Shown one piece after another: positions 1 through 7,507 of a stretch of 11,541 nucleotides of DNA; the stretch's first letter is position 1, and every line of letters starts with the position of its first letter. The translations under genes were made by a program, and so were the position numbers. The notes below the pieces were generated by a model. It was not told where the DNA came from and did not search any database. It saw only the letters and a program-made list of their open reading frames with translations. Origin of the DNA: an uncultured Deinococcales bacterium (GTDB taxonomy: Bacteria > Deinococcota > Deinococci > Deinococcales > JAAFIG01); the NCBI GenBank assembly GCA_964244895.1, contig CAXTKV010000133.1:1-11541 (forward strand). The letters run 5' to 3'.

Positions 1-1458
1 AGCGGTGAGCTGGACGATGTTCGCAGACGGCACGCCGAACACTTTTTGAAGCTCGTTCAAGCGGTCGAAGTCCACAGCACGAAACAGCAGGACAGTTCCG
101 GCGAAGTGCAAAGCCCGTGGTTGGATCGCTTGGACGCGGAACGAGAAAACCTCTGGGCGGCGCTCGGTTGGGCGCGCGATGCGCGAGCCATCGAGATGGG
201 ACTCGACCTTTCCGGGTCGCTCTGGCCATTCTGGATTTATCGGGGGTATTTCAACGAGGGCCGCAAATGGATCAACGAATACCTCGCCGCGCTCGAAGGT
301 TTGAAGGGTACGCCAACGCCCGCCATTCTGGCCAAGGCGCTCAACTCGGCTGGCGTTCTGGCCATGACGCAGGGCGATCTGGCGCAGGCTGAGGCGCAAC
401 TCGAGCGAGCTGCGCAGTTGCGGCGGCAACTGGGTCAACGTCTGGAGCTCGCTAAAACCCTCGGCAGTTTGGCCAACTTGGCCATCAGGAAAAAAGACTG
501 GACGCGAGCCGAAACCCATCTGGACGAAGGCATTGAGCTGACCCGTGGGGTGGGTTCGGATGCCATTCGCTCGAGGTTCCTGCTGTCCGCAGGTGATCTG
601 TACGCCGAGCGCGGTGATCTGGCGCGCGCCGAAGCGATGTACGACGAGAACCTCGCATTTTCGCGTTCGGTCGGCCATCAGATCGGCGTCGCCGATACGC
701 TTTTTCACCTCGGCAATCTGGCGTCTCAGAAGGGACAGCCCGATGCCGCCCGAAGGTTCTTCGAGGAAAGCCTGATCATTTTTCAGCAGTTCGGTAGCCC
801 CAGAGGCCTCGCCCAGACCCATTTCAACCTGGCCGAGATCGCCCGCAAGCAAGGTCGTTTCGAGGATGCGCGCGCCTCGTTCAAGGAGAGCTTGAGCATG
901 ACCTACCGGGCGCGATTTCGCAACGCCGTCATGATCAGTCTCGAGGGTTTCGGATTCGTGGCCTTCGGTGCGGGCGATCTTCGGGCCGCGACTCAATTTT
1001 TTGGGGCGGCGGCTGGTTTTCGAGAAGACTTCGGCGTCCCCATGTCTGCCGTGTACACCGATGAGTACGGAGCGGCCTTGCAGGCGCTCAGTCAAACGCT
1101 GGGCCAATCCCAGTTCGATCATCTCTGGACCTCAGCTCAGGGCTGGTCGCTCGACCAGGCCGTCCAGGAAGCGATCTCGTTCGAGATCGCTTCTGCTCAC
1201 CTGCCATCACCCGAGGTTCAGGGCGCGGTGGAACGAGAAGTCGTTCCGATCCTGAGCGCCCGCGAACTCGAGGTGTTGGGCTGCGTGGCGCGCGGGTTGT
1301 CGAACAAGGCGGTGGCCCGGACGCTCGAGATTTCGGATCACACGGTCAAGTTCCACCTGAACGCGGTCTTTCACAAGCTGCAGTGTCGGACTCGCGCCGA
1401 GGCCGTGCGCATCGGCTTCGATCGGCACCTGATCGCGCCGGATCAGCGCGACGATTGA
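1..1458 (+). CDS. TPR-repeat protein with C-terminal LuxR-type HTH (ATPase-TPR-LuxR regulator), 5'-truncated by the window
   Basis: Frame is open from base 1 (SGELDDVRRRHAEHFLKLV...). It has the WLDRLDAERENLWAAL motif typical of NB-ARC/TPR regulators, several TPR-like repeats (ALNSAGVLA..., TLFHLGNLA..., THFNLAEIA...) and a LuxR HTH LSARELEVLGCVARGLSNKAVARTLEISDHTVKFHLNAVFHKL. Confidence 0.92.
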   Translation, partial: SGELDDVRRRHAEHFLKLVQAVEVHSTKQQDSSGEVQSPWLDRLDAERENLWAALGWARDARAIEMGLDLSGSLWPFWIYRGYFNEGRKWINEYLAALEGLKGTPTPAILAKALNSAGVLAMTQGDLAQAEAQLERAAQLRRQLGQRLELAKTLGSLANLAIRKKDWTRAETHLDEGIELTRGVGSDAIRSRFLLSAGDLYAERGDLARAEAMYDENLAFSRSVGHQIGVADTLFHLGNLASQKGQPDAARRFFEESLIIFQQFGSPRGLAQTHFNLAEIARKQGRFEDARASFKESLSMTYRARFRNAVMISLEGFGFVAFGAGDLRAATQFFGAAAGFREDFGVPMSAVYTDEYGAALQALSQTLGQSQFDHLWTSAQGWSLDQAVQEAISFEIASAHLPSPEVQGAVEREVVPILSARELEVLGCVARGLSNKAVARTLEISDHTVKFHLNAVFHKLQCRTRAEAVRIGFDRHLIAPDQRDD

Positions 1459-1531
1459 ACATCCGGTCTCGAGCGGCTTGTCCTGAACCCTGCCGGTCGC
1501 GTTCGTCTCGGGCCGATGGGCGCTTCGGGAT

Positions 1532-1572
1532 AGAAGACAAGAACACCGTACAGAACGGTGTTCTTGTCTTCT
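1532..1572. terminator. Perfect 18-bp inverted repeat between convergent genes (probable bidirectional terminator) containing a copy of the 23-bp palindrome
   Basis: AGAAGACAAGAACACCGT-ACAGA-ACGGTGTTCTTGTCTTCT, lying between the stop codons at 1458 (+) and 1616 (-). Confidence 0.75.
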
Positions 1573-1615
1573 GCGAATCGTCGTTGGGCGGTGGATCGAA
1601 CAATCCGGATCGAAG

Positions 1616-2176
1616 CTAGTTCGGTTGGGCGGTGAACACGAAATCGGTCGTGCTGGTTTGCGCCCCGACTTGCAGATTGAGAATCAGGTGGATTCTCGTG
1701 GTCGCCCTGATCGGGTACGCGAACATCGGGTCGGAATACACGCCCGAATAGGTGCGCGCACCCATGCTCAACAGCGGAAAGAAATTGTCCACCATGCGAT
1801 CCTTCGCATCTATGACGGTCGGTGCTTGCGGTGGCAATTTGGAAACATAGGTGCGCTGTTCAATCGCGATCTTCGAGCTTCGACCGTCGGGCAGCAGGAT
1901 GCTCGAGTTGTCCCACAAGATCTGCGCGCTCTGCTCGGTTTTGTTGATGACCTCGACGTTGAAGTAACGCCGCGCGACCTTGATCTTGATGTCGTAGGCG
2001 GGCGTCGAGTAGATCCAGGTATCGCCCTGCGCCCCAATCGGTGTCTTGTTGACCTGCAGGTTGAAAACCCGCGCTCCCTCGTCGAAGCCGATGTCCGGAC
2101 CCGTGGTGCTCGTGTTGGCTGGCGCGCAGCCCGCGAGCAACCCCGCGAGCGCAATGCTGGCAATCAGTTTGTTCAT
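1616..2176 (-). CDS. Lipoprotein of unknown function (186 aa)
   Basis: Signal peptide with lipobox MNKLIASIALAGLLAG-C; GAGGAG RBS just upstream on the minus strand; beta-rich mature domain. Confidence 0.85.
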   Translation of the reverse strand: MNKLIASIALAGLLAGCAPANTSTTGPDIGFDEGARVFNLQVNKTPIGAQGDTWIYSTPAYDIKIKVARRYFNVEVINKTEQSAQILWDNSSILLPDGRSSKIAIEQRTYVSKLPPQAPTVIDAKDRMVDNFFPLLSMGARTYSGVYSDPMFAYPIRATTRIHLILNLQVGAQTSTTDFVFTAQPN

Positions 2177-2337
2177 GGCTTCTCCTCGCCGTGCGCGATG
2201 AACCGGTGTGGTCGCGTGTCGTGAATGCCGGTGTCCGCGCTTCCAGCGCTCTCGAACTCTCGCTCATCGTAGTTTTAAGGCAAAAGCTTCGGTATCAAAA
2301 CGCACACTCGAGTTGTTCGCGGCTTGGCCGCGAGGTG

Positions 2338-2352
2338 CACCGTGCTGGACGG
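2338..2352 (-). repeat. Partial palindrome-family copy in inverted core orientation
   Basis: CACCGTGCTGGACGG; its reverse complement CCGTCCAGCACGGTG is identical to part of the 5747 copy. Confidence 0.7.
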
Positions 2353-2370
2353 CAATATTTCCGTGCCCAG

Positions 2371-2393
2371 GAACACCGTCCAGGACGGTGTTC
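2371..2393. repeat. Perfect 23-bp palindrome GAACACCGTCC-A-GGACGGTGTTC
   Basis: Read directly; identical to 9016-9038. Confidence 0.95.
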
Positions 2394-2559
2394 TCGAGAA
2401 GGTGGGTTTTCAGGGCGATGTTCGGCTTCTAAACTCGAGCTGCTCATACCGACGGAGGTTCGAGGTTGCGCAGCGCCAGGAACCCATGTGCGTTATCGCC
2501 GGAGTTTTTTCGAGAACGTGCGAGCAATGAAACGTTGTTACGCCTCAGGGGCAAATTTC

Positions 2560-2766
2560 GTGCATCTACAAACAACTCTGAAGATCTCCCCGACGGAGAT
2601 CAATATGTTATGTAACGCCGTGTGGGAGGCACTCGTGTCTCTCGGGGCCACCCCCCACATGGTGGGTGTGCTTCCCGAAACGCCAAGTACGTTGGAGGTT
2701 CGGTACACCGCTTCTGGTGATGCTGCTGAGCAGTGCGCAGCCTACCTTCAGCGTCTTCGGCGCTAA
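2560..2766 (+). CDS. Small hypothetical protein (68 aa from GTG 2560; alternative starts ATG 2527 or ATG 2605)
   Basis: 3' part of the listed 2191..2766 ORF. GGAG lies 6 nt before ATG 2605, and a strong intrinsic terminator follows the stop directly. Confidence 0.5.
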   Translation: MHLQTTLKISPTEINMLCNAVWEALVSLGATPHMVGVLPETPSTLEVRYTASGDAAEQCAAYLQRLRR

Positions 2767-2775
2767 CGGTAGGTC

Positions 2776-2815
2776 ACAGAAGAGAACGCTTTGCGTCTCT
2801 CTTCTGTTTTTGTTT
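2776..2815 (+). terminator. Rho-independent terminator
   Basis: ACAGAAGAGA-ACGC-TTT-GCGT-C-TCTCTTCTGT followed by TTTTGTTT, 10 nt after the stop at 2766. Confidence 0.75.
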
Positions 2816-2927
2816 CACCCGACCAGGTTCGAAGTGTTTTGCTCAGTCCCGTTGCGCGGTTCGGATGGATTTGGCCTGAGGGTTTGCTGAGGAAAAGCAA
2901 TTCCGAACTCAGGATAATGAGTGAAGA

Positions 2928-2950
2928 AAACGCTGTTCAGGACGGTATTC
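2928..2950. repeat. Degenerate copy of the 23-bp palindrome (18/23)
   Basis: AAACGCTGTTCAGGACGGTATTC; all five differences from the consensus are transitions. Confidence 0.75.
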
Positions 2951-3405
2951 CTGAGCCAATACGCAGGTTTTTGCCGACCTTAATTAAGACGAAACGTCAC
3001 GAAAGGCATCTTTCAGAATCGCAGGATGTGTGTTCTTGACCCTCAGATCTCTCATCCGTGGCACCATGTGCTCATTCGTGTTCGAGTGACACGCATCGCT
3101 TGTGATTCGAAAGCTTCAGCTCGAGCCAGTCGGTTGGGTGAACGTGCCCGACCGACCCCTGGTCATGTGGCTAGGTGGTGCGTGGCTCGCCTGGCCCGAC
3201 CTCTCCATTCGGGCGATGGCAGGCGCGTCATAGATTTGGCACACTCCGGGCAACGATCTTTTTGGCATGCGAAACGCGGACGGCGCTCGTCCGAAATGCG
3301 AAAAGGAACGCCGTTGAAGCTCTGCGGTGCAAAAGTGCAATCAGCCATTGGTGGCTGATCGCCGAAGCAGAGGTTGAGCCCATTCAAATGGAGGAGGTCG
3401 AAATC

Positions 3406-4416
3406 ATGCTCTCGTCACAGGATTCCGCCAACATCCCAAATCCGGCCAGGTCCAGCATCGTGTGCTTGTGCGGCTGCGATCGGTTCAAACAAGCCTTCGA
3501 GGCCACCGCGCGCTGGTTGACACTCGAGGGCATGATCGTCACCAGCGTCATCAACGAAACCGCTGATGATTCGCCCGTCACCCAGATAGACGAGGTGGAT
3601 CTGCAAAAAATAGAGATGTGCGACGAGCTGTTGGTGATGAACGTCAACGGCTACATGGACGCGCTGACCCGCTTGCAGGTCAACCACGCGCAACGCATCG
3701 GAAAGATGATCCGTTTTCTCGAGGCCGCTGACTGGAATCCCTCGTTGCGCGGCGTGCGTCGGGCACCTCACGCCGCTAAACCCCTGGCGCTCGAGGATCA
3801 AAGCTCGCTCGCGCTCGAAGAAGGTACCGTCATCGATCTGACGCGTCCGTTCGTGGTGCAAAGCGGCGCAGTCCTGCTGTACGGCCCCGACCCGACGCGT
3901 CCCGCTTTCACGCTGGTCAGCGATCACGTCTGGCCGGGCGTGCGTTGGGTTCCCGAAGTCTGGTACGCCGAAGCCACCAGCAACACCCGCATCGGTGCGT
4001 TCAGTGCCGACGATGCCGCCCTGCGTCCGCTCGGCGAGATCATCCGTTGGGCAGTCGCGACCAGCGGCCAGATTTCGGAACGGATGTTGTGGGCCTTGTT
4101 CATCATCGGATCGGTCAGCACCCAGGAAGAACTGAGCGCCGTGATCGGTTGCCGCCGCGAATCGGTGACTTCCGCCATGCGCGATTTGCGCAACGATGGG
4201 CTGATCGAGAAAGTTGATGGCCGGATTCTCCTGACCGACAAGGGATTCGCCTGTGCGGCAAAGCTCTGCTCGCTCGAGCGCGATCTGAACGACGACACCG
4301 ATGAGAGCGACGACGCCGAAGATGAATCGGTCGTCTGGAACGAAGCACCAATCGATGCCGCTGAATCGGTGATCAACCTGCGCGGCGAAACTCGACGCTG
4401 GATGGTGGCGCAATGA
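3406..4416 (+). CDS. Crp/Fnr-type HTH regulator with an N-terminal nucleoside 2-deoxyribosyltransferase-like (flavodoxin-fold) domain
   Basis: GGAGGAGG RBS at 3390-3397 favours ATG 3406 over 3175. N-terminal IVCLCGCDRFKQAF...LQKIEMCDELLVMNVNGY...HAQRIGKMIRFLE; middle FVVQSGAVLLY...YAEATSNTRI resembles a reduced cNMP barrel; Crp HTH TQEELSAVIGCRRESVTSAMRDLRNDGLIE; acidic tail. Confidence 0.8.
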   Translation: MLSSQDSANIPNPARSSIVCLCGCDRFKQAFEATARWLTLEGMIVTSVINETADDSPVTQIDEVDLQKIEMCDELLVMNVNGYMDALTRLQVNHAQRIGKMIRFLEAADWNPSLRGVRRAPHAAKPLALEDQSSLALEEGTVIDLTRPFVVQSGAVLLYGPDPTRPAFTLVSDHVWPGVRWVPEVWYAEATSNTRIGAFSADDAALRPLGEIIRWAVATSGQISERMLWALFIIGSVSTQEELSAVIGCRRESVTSAMRDLRNDGLIEKVDGRILLTDKGFACAAKLCSLERDLNDDTDESDDAEDESVVWNEAPIDAAESVINLRGETRRWMVAQ

Positions 4417-4667
4417 TGCGCGCACTCGAAGCCCGCGTGGCCGGACATCTCAAGGCTTCGCGCCGCGCCACCGATCTGGAACAGGTTCGCGCCCTGGTGC
4501 GGCTGGTGGCGCTGACCGAATGCCCCGCGCGCGAGTTGGTGAAGGCGCTGCGGGCGCGACTGGACGGCGGGTTCTCGCTCGAGGCGGCCACGGACAGAAT
4601 CATCGAATGCTGGCAGAACCAGCGCCAGCTGCTCGAGCGCGACGAGTTCGCATCGCCCGGCGTCTGA
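4413..4667 (+). CDS. Small helical hypothetical protein (84 aa)
   Basis: ATGATG overlaps the upstream TGA (translational coupling); fills the gap before parB. Confidence 0.65.
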   Translation: MMRALEARVAGHLKASRRATDLEQVRALVRLVALTECPARELVKALRARLDGGFSLEAATDRIIECWQNQRQLLERDEFASPGV

Positions 4668-4755
4668 ACGCACCTGAAACTCGAGCCTCAACGATGTTCG
4701 CCCGTCGCGTAGGCAGTGCGCCCTTCGCGGTCAGACTGGATGGGCTGGAGGAAAC

Positions 4756-5712
4756 ATGCAAGCGATCACCGATGTGACCCTCAAGGCAGGCGTTCCCGTT
4801 GCGCTCGAGGGCCTCTGGCCTTCAGAAGTCAACCAGATAGAAGTGCTGGCGCTCTCGCAGTTGGTGCTGGGAACCTACCAGCCGCGAAAGCATTTCGATC
4901 CCAAAAAGCTCGATGAACTGACCGCCTCGATCCGCACGCATGGCGTGCTGCAACCCATCGTGGTGCGCCCCGTCGGGGCGGAGCGTTTCGAGATCATCGC
5001 CGGAGAGCGGCGTTACATGGCCTCGCAGCGCGCCGGTCTGCAACGCATTCCCGCCGTGATCAAAAACCTCGATGACCGCGAGGCGCTCGAGGTCGCGCTG
5101 CTGGTCAACCTGCAGCGCCAGGATCTAACCGAGATCGAGGAAACCGAAGGCGTGTTGCACCTGCTCTCGCTCCGGCTCGAGCGAAGCTTGTCGCAAACGG
5201 TGTCCTTTTTGTACCGCATGGACAACGAATCCAAAAGCAAAGTTACCCAATCGGTGTTGGGCAGCCACGACGGTCATGCGGTCGAATCGGTCTTCGCCAA
5301 ACTGGGCAAGATGACCTGGGGCAGTTTCGTCGCGACGCGTTTACCGCTCCTGAAATTGCCTCACGATCTGCTCGAAGCGCTCCGCTGCGGCGAGATCACG
5401 CCGATCAAAGCGCGCACGCTCTCGCGTTTGACGGATCTCACGGAACGCCGCAGGATGCTGACCGATCTTTTGCGCGAAGGCTGGAGCAACCAGGAGCTTC
5501 GCCACCGCATCGGTCTGCTGACCAACGCTCAACAGCCCCGCGATGCGCGCGTCGCGGTTCGGTTGCGCGCTTTTGAAAGCGCCATTCAGCGCGACCACAC
5601 CTGGACTGATGCTGCCCGCCGTCAACGCGCCCAAAGCCTACTGCGCGAACTCGAGCTCCTGCTGACCGAAGAGGGCTTCTCGTTTCAGTCCGCCCCTCGC
5701 CCGACAGCTTGA
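4756..5712 (+). CDS. parB: ParB/RepB/Spo0J family protein (no parA adjacent)
   Basis: GGAGG RBS; QPRKHFDPKKLDELTASIRTHGVLQPIVVRP...FEIIAGERRYMASQRAGLQRIPAVI...NLQRQDL; later LPLLKLPHDLLEALRCGEIT motif. Confidence 0.93.
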   Translation: MQAITDVTLKAGVPVALEGLWPSEVNQIEVLALSQLVLGTYQPRKHFDPKKLDELTASIRTHGVLQPIVVRPVGAERFEIIAGERRYMASQRAGLQRIPAVIKNLDDREALEVALLVNLQRQDLTEIEETEGVLHLLSLRLERSLSQTVSFLYRMDNESKSKVTQSVLGSHDGHAVESVFAKLGKMTWGSFVATRLPLLKLPHDLLEALRCGEITPIKARTLSRLTDLTERRRMLTDLLREGWSNQELRHRIGLLTNAQQPRDARVAVRLRAFESAIQRDHTWTDAARRQRAQSLLRELELLLTEEGFSFQSAPRPTA

Positions 5713-5745
5713 AGATTTCTCTAGATCCGCAACTGAAACTTTTTG

Positions 5746-5773
5746 AGAACACCGTCCAGCACGGTGTTCTTTT
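5746..5773. repeat. Palindrome-family copy AGAACACCGTCCAGCACGGTGTTCT followed by a T run (possible parB terminator)
   Basis: 22/23 identity to the consensus, about 35 nt after the parB stop. Confidence 0.9.
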
Positions 5774-5897
5774 GAATTAAAACACCGCGTTCCAGACGAT
5801 GTCCAAGAAATACCCGCCCGGTTTTTGAACGATTCGTGCGCGCCGTGAGATTTCAACCCGTCCCGGAACGCTGGTCTTTACGCCGGTGGTGCGGCGT

Positions 5898-5924
5898 TCC
5901 GAACGGGGCAGGTGCCCGTTCGGA
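5898..5924. other. 10-bp perfect inverted repeat (hairpin) in intergenic DNA
   Basis: TCCGAACGGG-GCAGGTG-CCCGTTCGGA. Confidence 0.6.
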
Positions 5925-6041
5925 TCAACCCTCACGCGGTTGGGCTGGCGCATCGCGATCGAGGCATTTGGTATTCACCTGCGCGGTCAATCTCGAGCAA
6001 TCGAGAAATGCCAGGCCGAACTTTGATTGAGGAACTTTGAT

Positions 6042-6629
6042 ATGCAACCTACGAAAACGCGGCTGCCGCACACTCTTGAGCTTGAGAGACGCGAGAGCCC
6101 TTTGAATCTCGAGCCCATTGTGGTTGTGAGAGCGCGGCTCGAGACACTGCTCGAGCGCGTTCCGGACATCGAGCCAGGTGTGAAAGAACTCCGCGACATC
6201 GAAGAATTCCTGCTCGAGCCCGAACGCGACGACTCCAGCGCGCCGAGAAAATCGTTCGTCAACCTGGAGAATGACCCTGGGGACAGCGTTCTTATTCTGA
6301 TCAGCCCGGTAAGCATGAACGTTTGCACGAACGAATTGCGCTTCAACAAACCGGAGCGAGAAAACACCCCGAACCAGCCCGAGAGATGGCTAGGCTACGC
6401 GAGAAATGCCTTCGTGTCGCGCTCGAAGCGATGCAGGCAGAACTCAGGAATCCTTGAGGGACGCGACACGAGGCGGAGGAGGAAGGCATGTTCAAGCGAT
6501 GGTTCGGCATCAACGTTTTATTCGCGTTCATCGCGTTCGCGGGTTCGGTTCAGGCGCAGCCGGTCACGTACTACGCCGATCAACTCGAGGCGGGCGCGAA
6601 ACCGATCCTGGTCTCACCGGGATACCTGA
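6042..6629 (+). CDS. Hypothetical ORF; N-terminal half protein-like, C-terminal half doubtful (overlaps the next gene by 142 nt)
   Basis: GAGGA before ATG 6042; in-frame CTCGAG (Leu-Glu) codon pairs as in neighbouring genes; the Arg/Ser-rich tail looks like off-frame read-through. Confidence 0.3.
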   Translation: MQPTKTRLPHTLELERRESPLNLEPIVVVRARLETLLERVPDIEPGVKELRDIEEFLLEPERDDSSAPRKSFVNLENDPGDSVLILISPVSMNVCTNELRFNKPERENTPNQPERWLGYARNAFVSRSKRCRQNSGILEGRDTRRRRKACSSDGSASTFYSRSSRSRVRFRRSRSRTTPINSRRARNRSWSHRDT

Positions 6630-7507
6630 CGCTGATTGATTTCTACCAGGAAGTTGACAAGGTCACGTCCGGACGGCCCGGACTGCTGAAAGTGGATGGT
6701 GGCGGCACCAGAATCTTCGTTTCTTCCCTGGCCAATTCCGGCGCGACCGATCTGATTATCGAGATCGGAACGCGCGTGCTGCTGTTCCGCGTGCAGATCG
6801 CGCAGGGTGAAACGCCCAGACGGTACATCGTCGCGCTCGAGAAACCAGTCGCGCCCAAACCCGTGCAGCAGGCCAGCCCGCCCCCAGCACCCGTCAGGGC
6901 CGTACAACCAGTCGCACCGGCAGCGACCGTGACACGCCCGAGCCAGCCCACGATGACGACCGTGGATACCCCGCCGCCCGCTGTCGCCGCCCAACCAGCC
7001 CAGACCACCGTGCGCGCGATTGCGACCACGGCTCCCGTCAAGACGAAACCAGCCGCGACCACCAAAACCAGCGCCGAGAACTCGAACACGACATCCAGCT
7101 CAACCTCCAGCTCGACTTCTAGCCCAACCTCCAGCTCGACCTCGGCTCGAATGGGAACCGAACGCAACCCAGCCTGGCTCGAGTTCGCGCTCGTCAAGGC
7201 GCGAACGGAAACTGGTCAGCTCACGATTTACTTCACGCTCAAAAATGCGGGCAAGGCGGGCGTGCTGGTCGACACATCGCGGCTGGTGACTTTTCAAGGA
7301 ACCCAACAGCTCGATACCACCATCGCCAGCGACAAAACGGTGCGCCAACTCCAGCCCGGTGAAACCCGTCTGGTCAGAATCATCGTCAAGCTGTCCAAAC
7401 CCGGCCCGGTTCTTCTGAGATGGTCCATGTTCGGCCCCAACCTGCAAGAGTATTCGCTCAACAGGAGGATCGATGTCACAGGTACTCAGAACTTGTCTGG
7501 CAATTAG
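6488..7507 (+). CDS. Secreted protein: N-terminal beta domain reminiscent of VirB9/TraK-type T4SS proteins, Pro/Ala/Thr/Ser linker, C-terminal Ig-like domain
   Basis: GGAGGAGG RBS; signal peptide ending VQA-Q; PILVSPGYLTLIDF...GATDLII pattern resembles VirB9/TraK N-termini (inference); low-complexity linker; C-terminal LTIYFTLKNAG...LQPGETRLVRI typical of Ig-like folds. Confidence 0.75.
   Translation: MFKRWFGINVLFAFIAFAGSVQAQPVTYYADQLEAGAKPILVSPGYLTLIDFYQEVDKVTSGRPGLLKVDGGGTRIFVSSLANSGATDLIIEIGTRVLLFRVQIAQGETPRRYIVALEKPVAPKPVQQASPPPAPVRAVQPVAPAATVTRPSQPTMTTVDTPPPAVAAQPAQTTVRAIATTAPVKTKPAATTKTSAENSNTTSSSTSSSTSSPTSSSTSARMGTERNPAWLEFALVKARTETGQLTIYFTLKNAGKAGVLVDTSRLVTFQGTQQLDTTIASDKTVRQLQPGETRLVRIIVKLSKPGPVLLRWSMFGPNLQEYSLNRRIDVTGTQNLSGN
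7094..7141 (+). repeat. Four tandem 12-bp repeats encoding a Ser/Thr-rich linker
   Basis: TCCAGCTCAACC TCCAGCTCGACT TCTAGCCCAACC TCCAGCTCGACC. Confidence 0.85.

Noticed and set aside
12..22. Half-site GGACGATGTTC inside the LuxR gene, and ACGATGTTCT at 10831
   Set aside because: Only short half matches with no left arm; not counted as copies.
2538..2554. TTACGCCTCAGGGGCAA resembling the Deinococcus RDRM/DdrO box (TTRYG-N7-CRYAA)
   Set aside because: One conserved position mismatches, it is a single copy, and host identity is unproven; it could easily be chance.
2816..3387. Possible replication origin or ncRNA in the long AT-richer spacer
   Set aside because: No iterons, DnaA-box cluster, recognisable RNA family or well-spaced -35/-10 pair found by eye; probably promoter DNA.
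3175..3405. Listed N-terminal extension of the Crp fusion ORF
   Set aside because: Non-protein-like sequence; the strong GGAGGAGG RBS points to ATG 3406.
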